DNA of 54,499 nt, filler included, from Sphacelaria rigidula (taxonomy: Eukaryota): NCBI GenBank assembly GCA_964200075.2. It is 5 parts of 5 records of this genome, joined end to end, with 100 filler letters (N's around TTAATTAATTAA, not from the genome) between each part and the next. Parts side by side here need not be neighbours in the genome. Positions count along the whole stretch, not along the records: positions 10,923 to 21,743 come from CAXNAA020005856.1; positions 21,844 to 32,664 come from CAXNAA020005857.1; 3 more parts are not named here. The stretch is one strand, 5' to 3'. Position 1 is the stretch's first letter. Each line of letters starts with the position of its first letter. Positions 13,226 to 26,385 of the stretch are shown here, piece after piece. The translations under genes were made by a program, and so were the position numbers. The notes below the pieces were generated by a model. That model was not told the origin of the DNA. It was given only the letters and a program-made list of their open reading frames with translations, and did no database searches.

Positions 13226-15092
13226 TCACGTCGACTCGTTCTCCAGCTCTTGAAGCTGACCATGAAGCACAAGGTGCTCCACGTCAGACCTCCTCAACAA
13301 GTGCGTAGTTCCTCTCTCTAGCTTCACAGACCCCTGCAACAGCGAAGACGGTCAAGAACACGCCAGGATCAAACCTCGGGGTTCGATGTTCGAGTGGCAA
13401 GAATATGGAGGTACGTGTACTATTTGCAACTATTTGCAAGGTGTCCGTGATTTACTGGGGAAATCCCCCAATCTTGCGGAAACTTACAGTCTACAGTGCA
13501 TGAACAGACTGCTGGTACAGATTTCGGGCTCACGTGATCCGTCATGATCTCCCCACAGTCGCTCAAGACCCTGACCTCAACATGCAGCTCCTTTGGCGGC
13601 TGCAAATCCGCTGTGAGATCCAGGTTCAAACCCTGCGGGCACGTGGAGTAGTGGGAGCTACTGATGCATACAAGGTGAACGCGTTGACGCTGGCAAAGGC
13701 TACGGTGACCAATAGCTACGTCAGCTCTACTGCCGTTTGTTATACTCATTACCTTGGCGAAACGGTGAGGGGAGGGGAAGCAGGGGGGGGGTTGTACACA
13801 GTTGCAGCTGCGACGTCCCTCTTCACCGATTACATTGTGGGATCATGTGCAGATCGTGAAAAAACTTGGTGCAGCCTGTAAAACGGCATCCTGGTTGCGA
13901 ATCGTCAAAACCACACGTGACCACCCGACATCGTTCAAACGGGAAAACCGTGTGTCTTCAATGTGAGACCAAGTTATCAGCTGCATTGTTTAGTCCGAAA
14001 CATGCATATTACTGTTGGGTACGATCGATCATCACGTCTCAATATGGGCAACGCGCATGTTGACATACCTATTGGTATCGTCTGTGCAACAGCCGAATAG
14101 CGAACGAGTGGTCATCGGTATTACCACGAGTCTTTGACCGTAGCAGTATCGCCCATGACACTCCACGTTTGCAACTTGATTTCAATCCAAAATGCTCCCG
14201 CCGGGAAGATGACCGTCTGCTTGGCGGCTACGTTTGTTCACCTCTGCATAATTGGTGAGAATACCATCGTATGCGTTGAAGAGGTCTCTTTCTCTCGCAC
14301 TAAGGCTTTGCTGAAGTTCCTGCGGTATCACTGGTCCTGTTTCCCAGCGCAGCTGTGTAATCCTGTCACGCACACGTGTTGGAATGTGTTCGGTCACGAC
14401 CAATAGCGCTTCCGTTCGCCACAAGGGTATGCTACAGCCACCGAGATCCATTCGGTGCCACTGTCTAGCCCTGGGACCACAGAAGCGAAAGTCAGCTACC
14501 GTTTTGGAACCTCTCAGGACGAGATACTTCATGTGGGCGGTGGGGGGACAGCGGTCTTGTGCACGCAGGCCGCAAACGTGCGAAGGTAACGTACCGTGCC
14601 AATATGCTTCAGTGTTGAAAGGATAACGTAATGCATGGAAATCAGGCTACATATCCTGAAGTAGTGGGTATACATGCATATATAGAGAGATATATAGCCG
14701 GAGCGGAATGCAAACAGGATGCTTGTGACCGGGTAGCAAATTACTTCGTTGTCACGAGGAATTCAAGACAAGACGGGTCTCCACCCAGCACAATAACTCT
14801 GCAGTCGAACGGTCGAACGGTCGAATGGCTTGTGCCCTACATATTACAGCTACACGATACAGCCAAGCACAGCAACACCAGCAGTGAGAGAGAAAAGGGT
14901 GACGGTCATGGCTTTAATTGTCTACGCAACGTACATGGCAAGGTTTGACTCGGCGACTTGCGTGTTTGCCGGGTCAACTTTCCCCCACCTATCGGCTCTC
15001 CACTTCAGGTAGGCCAGCAGACAGCGCTTGTTGCGTAGGAGTGCCTGGTGGTGTACCACGAGGCTCACCTTCACAGGATCTGGAATTTCGTC
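13226..15092 (-). CDS. PSF1: DNA replication complex GINS subunit Psf1 (GINS1), 5'-partial, four exons
   Basis: Exons 15092-14989, 14362-14242, 13632-13534 and 13333-13226, all with GT-AG sites and compatible phases. They splice to DEIPDPVKVSLVVHHQALLRNKRCLLAYLKWRADRITQLRWETGPVIPQELQQSLSARERDLFNAYDGILTNYAEGLNLDLTADLQPPKELHVEVRVLSDCGEIMTDHGSVKLERGTTHLLRRSDVEHLVLHGQLQELENEST*, carrying the Psf1 motifs LLRNKRCLLAY, LRWE, DLTxDLxPPKxLxxEVRV. Confidence 0.95.
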
Positions 15093-18000
15093 CTAAAATT
15101 CGTGTGCATATGGAATAGGTACGCGATAATCAGAGGGCGGTACAGTAAGAGCTCATGAGTGGAAACGTACGTCAACAGACAACAGCCGCATTTGTATGTG
15201 CTGTATGTGAGTGACGAGTTGCACAGCTGTATGCGGACAAAACCTGTTGCAAGTACAGTTTTTTCCCGACCTGCTGCTGAGAAACAGAAAAAATCCGACT
15301 TTTTTTCAAGATCAGCTTCGGCCGAATGAATGGACTTGCATCCAGATACGGAATAGGGAAATCCTGGCCACAGGAAGGTAATCTCACGGCACGGACGGTA
15401 GCCCGCCGCTGGAAGGGTACAGCTCACTCATCAGATGTGGTTTAACGTTTGCGTGTTGACCCGAGAGATGTACTTCACAGCTATAACCATGGGTAGCACA
15501 CTGATACACGTAACACCATCCTCTTGGCTGAGCACCACGTCCTCAGCCACGTCTAGGTTCTTGCTCAAATTATGCATGTTTCGCATGGCGACCCGATCGA
15601 GTCGACAAACCGCATCCAAGGGTGCAAAAAAATCAAAACGATCAAGCATGGCGATACCTTCTTTGTTTCCGCAGCGAATGACTTATGTACTTATTCTTCG
15701 AGCCAACCCGTCATTTGAGCGCCCATTGCTACCGGACGTTGGGCATTTCGTAGGCACACCAATAACACCCAAGGCAACGTAGACATAGTTCACAGACTTG
15801 GGCACGTTCAGCGTGCCAAGACCTCAAACTTCAAAGTTCGCGCCTGTGGCGGGCCGAAACCTTTGCCCCTCATGTCAGGTTCTTTTTTAAAGTTATCTCC
15901 TCTGGCTGATTCCGCGGGGTCGAGAAGATGGTAGATGGTACCTGCCGCTGACAGCGTGTAGTGCAGCGGAATTTGTTTGATTTCGCTCGAGCGCACCTCG
16001 GCAAGAATCCAGCGACGGTGCAAAATACACCAGACAGCATCGTTCGTTCACCAGCAATGCTGGTTCTAAACGTATCTCCTAGAGCGCTCAAGACTTTTTG
16101 TTCCGGGAATTCGGTCTCAGCATCCCGCGGACATTTGGAGTATCGCAATTACAAGCGTTACTCGTAGCAGCATTTTATGGTATATGGGCGCTGAGGCAGA
16201 CTTGAATACGAGCTTCTTTTGTGAAGTGCAACCAAGGTCGCAGCTCATGTCTATGATGGAGCCGAGGGTTGGAGTTTGTGGGTGTCTGTATTGCACAGGA
16301 TATCACTCGCAGCTGTTGTATCTGCTGAAGGCTCCGTCAGCACGAAGGCCACACCCGCACGGATGAGGGTTACCCACCCAAAATAACTATATGCTGCTGC
16401 ATTGTACTCTCTATTGTACTGTACTGTACCGACTATCGACGCGGACATGTGCGTAGCAACGGCCCAGTGGGTCCAGATCTCCCTGTTTTTATGTGGGCCT
16501 TGTGTCCTTCATCAGAACAACTTTTCCAAGCCCCCCCGAATTGGCCAGGACAACAAAAATACACTGCACGACTGGGCGCTTCAAGGGTCAAGACTTGATT
16601 TCGAACACTCTCCGTTAGTTTTTTCCACTTTCGACGGCGCAACATGAATTACGGTACTTTGACGATAAACTGATGAATGGATCTAGACCATCTGCTCCGT
16701 CCGATGCGCCATACCAACGTATCATAAAATCATCCCAAGCGCCATGCATCATTCTCATCATCTTCATCATCCTCATCACCCCCAAGAACAACAAGGTCAC
16801 ACCAAGGTCACGTCAAGGTCACATTCAGAGTGCAGTGAAGTCGAGGTGTAAGGCTGTGCGTGCTCTCAGCGTCAAGCTGCACCAATCGAGTAGTGGTGCT
16901 CATCGAGGGTGCAAATTCCCCAAATCGGAAACGGAAACTCGCACGGTTTTGCAAAACGCTTCCGCAAGTTGCCGAAAAAACATGGATATAACCAGCTGCT
17001 GTGCACTCCGTGATGTCTAGATTTACGCAACCTACGGTCAACAGTGGGCCTAACGCATCTCAACAAACTGCTGTTGGTAAATCTGTTTTATCTTGAAATA
17101 CGAGCTGGGCCAGTCTAAAAACGGATTCAAGCTCTCAAAGCGATATCTCAACGACACAGACGAGTTGTGCCGTGATCCGCATATCGTATCAATCGCCTAC
17201 TCAAGGGGAAGGTGCCCATCTGCTCAAAAATCTGAGCCATTTTTTTCTCGTTGATTGAACCACATGTCTAGTAATTCCTATACCTAGCGGAGATATCGTC
17301 CACACTGAAATCTGAATGAAACCCCGAACGATCGATTAAGCGGATGATGACGATTTTTGGTGTGGACCTTCCCTGGAGCACGGGGGGACGGTAGATACCC
17401 TCACCTTCACTTAATTCGTAATCTATCTCGAGATATGGCGCGCATGAATTCCCGTACTAAAATCAGGATATTACGAGCAGAGGCACTAGATGACCTAAAT
17501 CTAAATATCGCGTCTCAGTTTTTGAGAGTTGTGCTATGAAATTTGGCATGGAGAACCGCTAGTGCATAATGAAATAAAAGACACAGCTTTTCCGTTTTTT
17601 TCGTTTTTTTCCCATCTTTTTTCGTGTTTTTAGGGGAGTTTCGACATTGCTCTTGGGTCTTATCTCAATTTTTCAGCTCAATTTTTAGGATTGTGATTTG
17701 AAACCTGGCATGGAGAACGACAGAGGTATGCGGAGTAAAAAAAGGAAGGGCCTTCATTTTTTTTGCATGAGAGCTTCGGGCGTTCTCGTAAAAAAATGGT
17801 CGTTACCATACTAAAACGCCCTCAATCAGTGAAAAATAAAAATAAAAACCAACCTCACCCATTTTCCTTGGTTCATCATGACCTAGCGAGGTCCCGCACA
17901 AAGTTTCAACCCACAAACACCAAACGTGGGTCGATAAACGACCTGCAAAATACTGTTCCGAATTTCCCCCGGCCCGGTTTTTCAAACGTAAGCATTTGTT

Positions 18001-19619
18001 TTCTTGGAGTTGGACAGTGAAATTTGGTATGGACAATCAACAGGGGATGAAGAAAAGCTGTCTATGAGGTCCAATGAGGTCCCGAAGTTTTTTTTTTGTT
18101 TTCATGAGTTAGGGGCATTTTACTAAAACCTCAACACTGATTATTGCCCTTAACTCATGGAAAAAAAAAAAAATCGGGACCTCACAGACAGCATTCTTCC
18201 ATGCCCTGTTGATTGTCCATTCCAAATTTCACTTTCCAACTCCAAGAAAAAAATTGCGAATTTGCCTGGAAAGTACAAATCCGCTTGTAGGCTGGCCCAG
18301 TCTTTATAGACTGGAGTCCTGTACTGGTAGCGCGGCGTCATTTGACTGCATGGCCCATTCATTGTACAGCGAAAAAGGAGCTCAGCTCATGAAGGCCACG
18401 TTTTGTCCACTTGAGGGCCATTAACAAAACTGGTCTGGACCAAATCGTCATCGTGGCTGTCGTCCTGTGATGAAAAACGCGAAACGTGTGACGTCTCCCG
18501 CTGTCATCTCAGCACTATGCCGCGCTGTTTATTTACACTTGGTGTCGTTGCTGGGCATAACTCATGCTTTACTGTGTATCCAACAGATTTTTTTTTTCAG
18601 AATGATGTGACGGTTCACAACATCGTCACCACAAAAAATTGTCCGCCTTTCCTATCGAAAGCAACGAAATAAAATATCATGAAAATGTGATGGCGTCTCA
18701 GCAGGACGGCAATAACACGTAATGTGCGTCGGCATTGTTACACCGTCAAAACGTGGGCCGTCTCTCGCACGAGGAAGAGAAACATGAGCACCATCACCAG
18801 CTGTGTACGATTGGGGGTGGGGCTCAAAACCAGCCAGTGCCGATACTGCTGCTGCATCTCTTCATCGTGTGAGAGACAGTCCGCGCTTCGAGAGTGCGAC
18901 ATTGCCCATGCACCTCGCCAGTGATTGCCGCCCCGCTGGGAATCCCTGGCCGTACTATTAATATATACCCGCCGATGGATCCATGCGTGCTCACTCGGCG
19001 ACTCGGCCAACTGCTGTGAAATATAGCTCTGCGCATCTCTTTCATCCTGTGCACCTCGGGTGTGCGGTCCTAGCTCGTGTAATCATGAGCCGAACAGCGC
19101 ACGTGTGGTGACCATTCCACACTCCCTTTCGCATTCTCATAGGATGGCTCCTCCGTTCTAAAAAATAAAGATGAAACGAAACAGTTCATTTTTCAAAATG
19201 ATATTATTTACAATGACGTCGAGGGCGTTGAGAGGAGAGCATCAGCTCTCAACCACTCAAAAGGATGAAAAACATGAACAATCACGACCACTCTCATAAT
19301 CATAATTATGACACAGCACGTTTTTGTCATGACAGTAAACGTTGAGATTTAACACGAATATGACGAGACAAATTGGACATATCACGCAGGTATGGCTACG
19401 AGAAGTTGGTACATGGCGCAAATATATCAACAAACGTAGATGTACGATGAGAACATGACTCAATCTGTAAATATGTGCAGGATAATGCGCAATTCTCATC
19501 AGAATCTCGAACATGTGAACTGTTAGGCATTTGAGGAGGTGACATCGTGAATGGGTTGCTGGTCGCACTCGACTTTGTACGAGCTGGGCCGCCCAAGAAG
19601 CCACTAGGAATGTTGAAAC

Positions 19620-20160
19620 GCATAATCTTCGCTCGATTTTGGGTCGTTTTTGATGAAATTTTGACACGATGCACAGGACGTATGTGCGAATACCCAACCT
19701 TTCCCCCCATGTTTTTTTCTCTTCTTCGTGAGTTGTTGGCAATTTTATTTCGAAAAAACTGTTCTGAAATGTTCCGTCGCCAATAACTCACCTAGCAAAG
19801 AGAAAACATAGGGGGAAAGGTTTGGTATTCGCACATACGTCCTGTACATCGTGTCAAAACTTCATCGAAAACGATCCAAAATTGAGCGAAGAATATGCGT
19901 CATTCCGTCGACAACCGGTTCCTATAGTTTATGGAGGTGGACCAGTTACGAATAATTTAAACGCATGTATGCTGTCCCGGAATACCGAGCCCTTCCTCCT
20001 ATTTTTTTTGCCCCTTCTTCGTGAGTTATTGGCAATTTTGTTCCGAAAAAAACTGTAGTGAAATGTTCCGTCGCCAATAAAGTCATGAAAGAAAAAAAAA
20101 CACGTGAGAGGAACGAAGGGGTGTTTGCACATACGTCCTGTACATCATGTCAAAATTGCC
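19620..20160. repeat. Foldback repeat family, second locus (one full and one partial unit)
   Basis: CGATTTTGGGTCGTTTTTGATGAAATTTTGACACGATGCACAGGACGTATGTGCGAATACC is inverted at 19824-19890; homologous to 4470-5100. Confidence 0.75.
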
Positions 20161-20164
20161 GGGG

Positions 20165-20465
20165 ACATATACGTGACACGTGCCACAGCGTTACACGTTA
20201 CGTTCACCTTACGTTTTGGCCGAAACGTAACAACCACGTGGTGAACGTAACGTAAATGTAACGTTAAATTTTCAAGTAAAACGTTCACGTAACGTGAATT
20301 TTTCAACGTGACATGCGTAACGTGACGTGAACGTTAATTTGCCCCAACGTTCAAAACACGTAATATGAAACGTTTCATGTAACGTGTAACGTCTATTACA
20401 CGTTACACGTGCATTACACGTTACATGGTACACGAACCCTTTCATATTACGTTATACGTTACATG
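20165..20465. repeat. Low-complexity ACGT/TAACGT/TTACACG-rich tract
   Basis: Dense CACGTTAC/GTAACGTG motifs in both orientations; a similar tract begins at ~21700 and runs into the gap. Confidence 0.7.
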
Positions 20466-21743
20466 AAGTAGTGACACTTCAAGTTTGCGATGGATTTCAA
20501 ATCCTAGAAAATTGTGCTTGAATAAGAACCAGTGAGTTTGAATGACCATGGTATAGGACGTACTATTTCAGCAAGTTTGCGCGCTCTGCGCCACCTCACA
20601 CATTATAAGCTATCGTGACAGCTTTACAGCATAACGTCACAATCATCTTGACCACACTTATATCGAGAGACCGGGTGTAACATACACGTGCACGTTCACA
20701 TGACACGGATCCAGGGGGGGGGACGGCACGTCCACAACGAGGGGGTGCCGCAGCAGCCTCCATCCAGCCAATCTCAGTCGTTGCCTGCAGCTGCAGCATG
20801 TGATGCGGGACTCGCCTGCCCCGCGGTCGATGACTTGCAGTGTGCAGTTAACATGTATGTAGCGGACGGGGATGAAAAAGCGGTATATAGACAGTTGACC
20901 TCGGTAGCTGAGAATTGCCCAGAACGTGCAAGGGAGTATGCAGCGGCAGCTGATGCTGCAGTCGGAGAGGCGCTCTGCACTGTACTGCACTATACTGGAT
21001 GCATGCGCGCCGCAACGCTGATACCCTTCGAAGAGAATTTGCCGCATGCAACAAAGAGGGAAATGGCGGCCCGCCCCGACCACAAAGGGCTGTGTGGCAA
21101 GGCAGTGGGGACAATAATATCATCCAAAGCCACAAGTGGCCGGCGGCCCGCCGGTCGCTGCACCCCATTGGAAGCTCTCTACCGCGCCCCATACTGCTTG
21201 GTACATCAGATGTACATCACCTAATGCGCATCTTGCACCTGAAATTAGATCGGATGAAACTTTCGTTCGTGGTCATAACCCTGCGGCTACATATGCGGAT
21301 TTGCAGCAACACGCCACTGTTTCGTGCAGACGCCGGACACGTCATTCCTAACCAGCCTCATTGGTCATTCTAGAGGCCCGGTCCAAAAAGGGTTAAATCA
21401 TGTATACATACTCGTATATAGAAACAAGGGTACCCGATATAGTTCTGTCTGCGAAATGCCAGGACGACGCAAGCTGGCGTTCGACCATGTTCACGAACTG
21501 TTGTGTGTACAGTATGTGCTGTCGTGCGAATGACCCAGCATTCGAAAATAGAAAATTGAAGGTTGGCAACAAAAAGGTGAAACGAAAAGAGGAGATATGA
21601 AGACAATACGGTCAAGCATGAATGAACGATACACGGTGGAGAAAGTAACGTTACAGTCAGATAATGCGCCTACGCTCAAACATGCGACGGGCCACCGTCA
21701 GCGTCACGTACACGGTGACGTCACGCGTTACACGACACATTAC

Positions 21744-21843
21744 NNNNNNNNNNNNNNNNNNNNNNNNNNNNNNNNNNNNNNNNNNNNTTAATTAATTAAN
21801 NNNNNNNNNNNNNNNNNNNNNNNNNNNNNNNNNNNNNNNNNNN
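21744..21843. other. Assembly gap with linker
   Basis: N block with TTAATTAATTAA. Confidence 0.97.
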
Positions 21844-22589
21844 TTTATTTTTTTTTTTTGTTTGTCCTGCGATCACGACCGCTTCGCCTCCCGGTTTTTT
21901 TTTCGGTTTCTGCGGGGGGGGGGGTAGGGAACAATGTAAACCCGGTGCTCCCAAGGCTAGCGTACAATAATGTGGCTGCGTATCATCACGGCGTTTCCGT
22001 CGCGATTTACTCGGGACACCGTCAGAACCCGCCACGCACGATGTCGAAGCGTGATTTGAACACATGTTTGTCGCGCCTTACGCTCGTTGAAGTTTCACTT
22101 GCTGGCAAATAACATACTCCATCACGCCTTGCCCGAAGGGCGATACCAACCGCAGGCAATGAATCACTTTCCCCCCCTACACGATCATCTCGGGATCAGA
22201 CGAGGGACGGGGGTGAATACGAAGACCAAGTCGTCAGATGACTTCATATAACAAATATTCTGTTCACCACGCGAAAACTCTGGCTATCAACCACGTTGAA
22301 GCCAAGTAGTTTTGCATGACACTAGTGAAAGTAGCCGCTACATGCGATGCTGAGTAAAGCAACTTTAATACCGGACTCCACAGCACGCATATAATGTCTC
22401 CAGTGAAACGCATTTTGGTTATTGGGAGTACTCACCTCTGGCCTTGAAGAACTTGTCTACCTGCGTATACCCGGCTCGGGTATCACGTACCCAGTGCAGT
22501 GGAAATACCGTCGAAAAATACTCGCCAAATTACACATCGGATAACGCAACCCAACTCAATTCGAGTCGACTTTTCATCGTATAACCCAA

Positions 22590-23340
22590 CGCAGAGTTAC
22601 ACGGTATAACTCGGCGGTACCTATTTTCACTGGACGAGCCATATGGTTGTTGTCTCTCACGTGAGCCCTTTTCTACAAATCAACCACCCGTGGTCACAAA
22701 GCCGTGGCAAAAAGACAGAATGCAAGGGAGTAATAATGATACGTCCCACAGGACGGGGTTCTGCAATCACATCAGCGAAAAATGAAATATACGCAGAAGT
22801 ATACGAAGGGCTCGAAAGAACAAAACAAAGAAGAAAGACGGACGAAGGAGACATATTGAACGACGTGTAACTCAATGGTAATTATCTCCACTGGATGAGC
22901 TATGCGGTATAACTCAGCGACAGTGAAAGTCGATGGCCACCCAAATATGCTTCGACGTACGTGAAAGGCAAGCATATTCACTCGCGCGTGCGGGCAGGCA
23001 TGTCACGTGTTTCCACTGCACTAGCTAGTTTTGACCACTGTGAGCCGCATGTTTTCACTTGAGTGATGTATAAAGGTACCTCATGAAGCTCACTCCCGGA
23101 TGACTTACACAAAATAACCGAGCTGTACATGAGTTGTACTGTATAACTCAGGGGTACCTTTTTCACTGGATGAGTTTTACTGTTTGACGCAGCGGTACCT
23201 ATTTGCACCGGCTTAGCTATAGGGTATAACTCAGCGGTATCTATTTCCACTGGAAGGTTTACAGTATATGGTATAACGCAGCCGTACATACTATAACTGG
23301 ATGCCTTATACCACATAACTGACTTCACTCATGAGCTGTC
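22590..23340. repeat. Degenerate ~42-bp minisatellite
   Basis: Recurring GGTATAACTCAGCGGTACCTATTTCCACTGGATGAGCTAT-like units at ~22602, 22866, 22905, 23141, 23183, 23224 and 23270. Confidence 0.7.
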
Positions 23341-23807
23341 TGACGTCTATAACCTTCATTTGACATACCACGTTACGATAGACACTGACATACGCAACAC
23401 ACCGTACATTTACTGCCACGGCGGTGTCAACGTCCGTGATGGGAGGCAGGAACATCAGGGGCAAGCCGCTGCACGGTGAATTGCCTTAGACGCCTACTAT
23501 AGACACGATCACTGTTCTATAGCTTGAGTATGGCGCCAACTGAGTGCAGATGTGGAGCGCGAGTTTGACACGCCACATCATTATAGCTACCACCTGGCAT
23601 CATACTATATTGCAAGCAAAACTTGCCTTGCCAAAGTGCGACACTTTAATTCCTCTTCATGAGGCACCAACCTTAGATTAGTCCTCAATGGCGTTTTTAC
23701 GCAGCCAAGTCAACCTGCCCCCTGATGACAACACCCCGCCCCACCCTTTCCCCCAATGGCACCAAGAGCCCTTCTTGACCAACGCCACAACAAATCACAG
23801 CACGCAC

Positions 23808-24973
23808 CTTCCCACCGCGCTCCTCACCAGCAGCACCATATCCATCGCCTCCTTCTCGCTTCAACAGCTCCGCCATGTCCTTGGCCGCTCGACGCTCCGC
23901 ACCCTCTCTCGTTTCGAAGTCGCCGGAATCTACTCCGCGCCCGTGGCCCGAACTCCACGCCCACCCACCCCCGGCCGCACCGACGCCCCCACTGGCGCTA
24001 GATATCCCAGGGACGGTAGCCGTGGATCCCCCGTTCCCTCGATACATCCCGTTTCCTCTACCCGAGTAGCGTTCGTCGTAGGCCTCGACTGCCGCTTTTT
24101 CTCGGACTTTGCGTTCCACTTCATCTTTTTTCGCTGCAAGATAGGCTTTGTGTTGCGCGCCACCGCGGGCCACCGTGCGGTGGCGTCCGAATTCATCCGT
24201 TATGCTCACTTGTGCGCTTGTCGGATCGTCGTCAAAAACATCATCAACATCATCATAGTCGTCGCCAGAATCGTCTTCGTCAGAGTCGGTCTTCTCCTGA
24301 GAAACACCGTAACCCCCCCTTTTGCCCTTGGCTTTGCTCCCGTCTTTTTTTCGTCGAGAACTCTTTTCTTCTTCCCTTATCTTTTCTCTTTTGCGTTTAG
24401 ACGATGCTTCTCGGGGAGGGGACGGCATTTTTGCCTTTGCCTCCAGCAAAGCAAGATCGGTCCCTGTTTTCCGGCTGAAATCTACGAGTTCACCGTTCCG
24501 GGAATCGCCCAATTCTCCTTTCGCTGTCGTGAGAAGATAGCACCATAAAGAGCAAGCAAGCGGGTGAAGGGCGTGGCAAATTTGAACAGCTTGGCACAAC
24601 ACAGCACAACACAGCGCGTGACGTTCTACCCATCTTTTCAAGATCGTTCCGTAATCTTACCCATTTTTTCATACAACTTGGCCTTCGCTGCTAATGTGCG
24701 TTCCCCAGCCTCTTGCTTCTTGGACTGCGTCACCCGCTGCAGCTCATCAAGCTGCGACCGATCCTTCACCCCTTTATTACTCCTGGCGAACACATCCTTC
24801 CGTCCATACACGTCCGTGACCTCTCCCCCGCCGCTGGCTGAGCGCTTGCCGCGGAGGCCACGCAATCCGGCCCCGCCGCTGCCTGCCGCGGATCCTTCCT
24901 GCTTAATTTTTTGTTCTTTCGCGTATACGATCGCTTTGAGGTCTACTAGAGAACCACCATCCACTTTAATAGG
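23808..24973 (-). CDS. CCDC174: CCDC174-like coiled-coil protein, partial (two internal exons)
   Basis: Exons 24973-24661 and 24523-23808 (CAG acceptors; GTAAGA and GTGCGT donors; phase-1 junction gives EKM-AKG). Motifs SLVDLKA, NKGVxxRxxxD, LAAKAKLYEKMAKG...LVDFSRK and VxITDEFGRxR occur in the same order as in the CCDC174 family. First and last exons not confidently located. Confidence 0.88.
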
Positions 24974-26385
24974 CTGAGTGGGGGGATGGGTGCGACGGAA
25001 GAAGATGTAGGGGTGGGTACGGGGGGGGGGGATTGGGGGCCGTACGGTAGCGAACGATCAAGGTGAGAAGCATGAGACTCAGTGTTTTGGTTGCAATCTG
25101 TTGACGTCTCGACAGCTCGCGAACACATGAGTAGCAAGAAGCCGTGTAACCACACTGGCGAGCAAAGATCGGCTGCGATGGTGATGCTTGAGGCGTACGC
25201 GGACAAAATACACCAACCGCTACCTGAAGCTCAAGCTATACAGGCTGGTTCACACTCATGTGCCGATATTCGCTCACCCGCAAAAGCTCACGCCCATTCT
25301 TGGAGTTAGGACTTCAAAAGTCTGCACACATATATCACAGGGCATTACGAAACTTTCCAACAGCTATGTTTGTGGAGGTCGTGAGACTCCCGGTGGACGG
25401 TAGCAACCGTCCAAGGTGGCCGATGATTTTTTTCGTGTTACGTAGTCGAGGATTGACCGCAGTCGAGGGGGTTAGGCAGTATGATCACTCGGGAGAGCCC
25501 GAAGAGAGCGAGCTAGCGAGTGATCCCCACGGCTTGCCAGCGGTTCGCTGGAAATATCCTTGTTGCCTTGGGGTCCCAGATCCGGCTGTACAGATATGGG
25601 AGTTTCGGAACTCTCTGCAGTGAGAACTGCACCTGTAACAGCCATTGACGAGGTTACACGTCATAACAGGGAAATCTCTCCGCACATACGAAAATGGCGA
25701 CCTCCACATCACCTCCTCCATTGATGCGCCGCGAGTCCATCTTTGAAGGCTCGTGCCGGGCATGCGGGAGAATGATATTTTCGGGAGTCTAATTTGTATG
25801 TGGTTCTGATATAATTTAATAGGGGCCTGTAGTTGAACGCGTCATATCCTCTATACTGGGTGTTGAAAAACACTAACCAATGCATTTGATCGACGTTCTC
25901 CTACAGGCTCGTGTGAAAAAAATGTAAAAAGTAAATGGTTCTCCTCTAATTTCTATGCAAGCTTCGTTCGGTGATTTGACATCAGCTGAACGATCTGCAC
26001 GGATTACCTTATCCGACGGTCTATTCCCATGAGGTTCGCTCATGACTTGCAGAGGAGTGGAGCTATGGTGGCCGCGTGACATCAGGTAACCAGGGAGAGG
26101 TAAATATCGGAGACAGCGGTGATAAACAATGTGCTTTTCTCTACTCGGAGCCTTTCGCTCGGAGTTGAGAGAGCTTTTACGGCAATCCTTGTCAGCAAGT
26201 TTCTCTTATGCTGCTGATAAGAGCTCGATTCGAAGATCAAGTATCTTTTCATTGTCGACCCGTTTCCAGTCGTGAGATCTGTCTCGATACTCTGTTAGTC
26301 ATGTAAGTGTGACACGAAATTTTCTTCTTTCAGCTCGCCTTATATTTTTTCGTCTCTTCTTCGAATTTTGAGATGGCGAGTCAGG

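Noticed and set aside
20848..21192. MGRGREL... as the missing Psf1 N-terminus
   Set aside because: Only a few residues resemble Psf1; the following sequence lacks the LPxYN motif and I saw no suitable donor.
23688..24548. 286-aa plus-strand ORF
   Set aside because: Antisense shadow of the CCDC174 exon.
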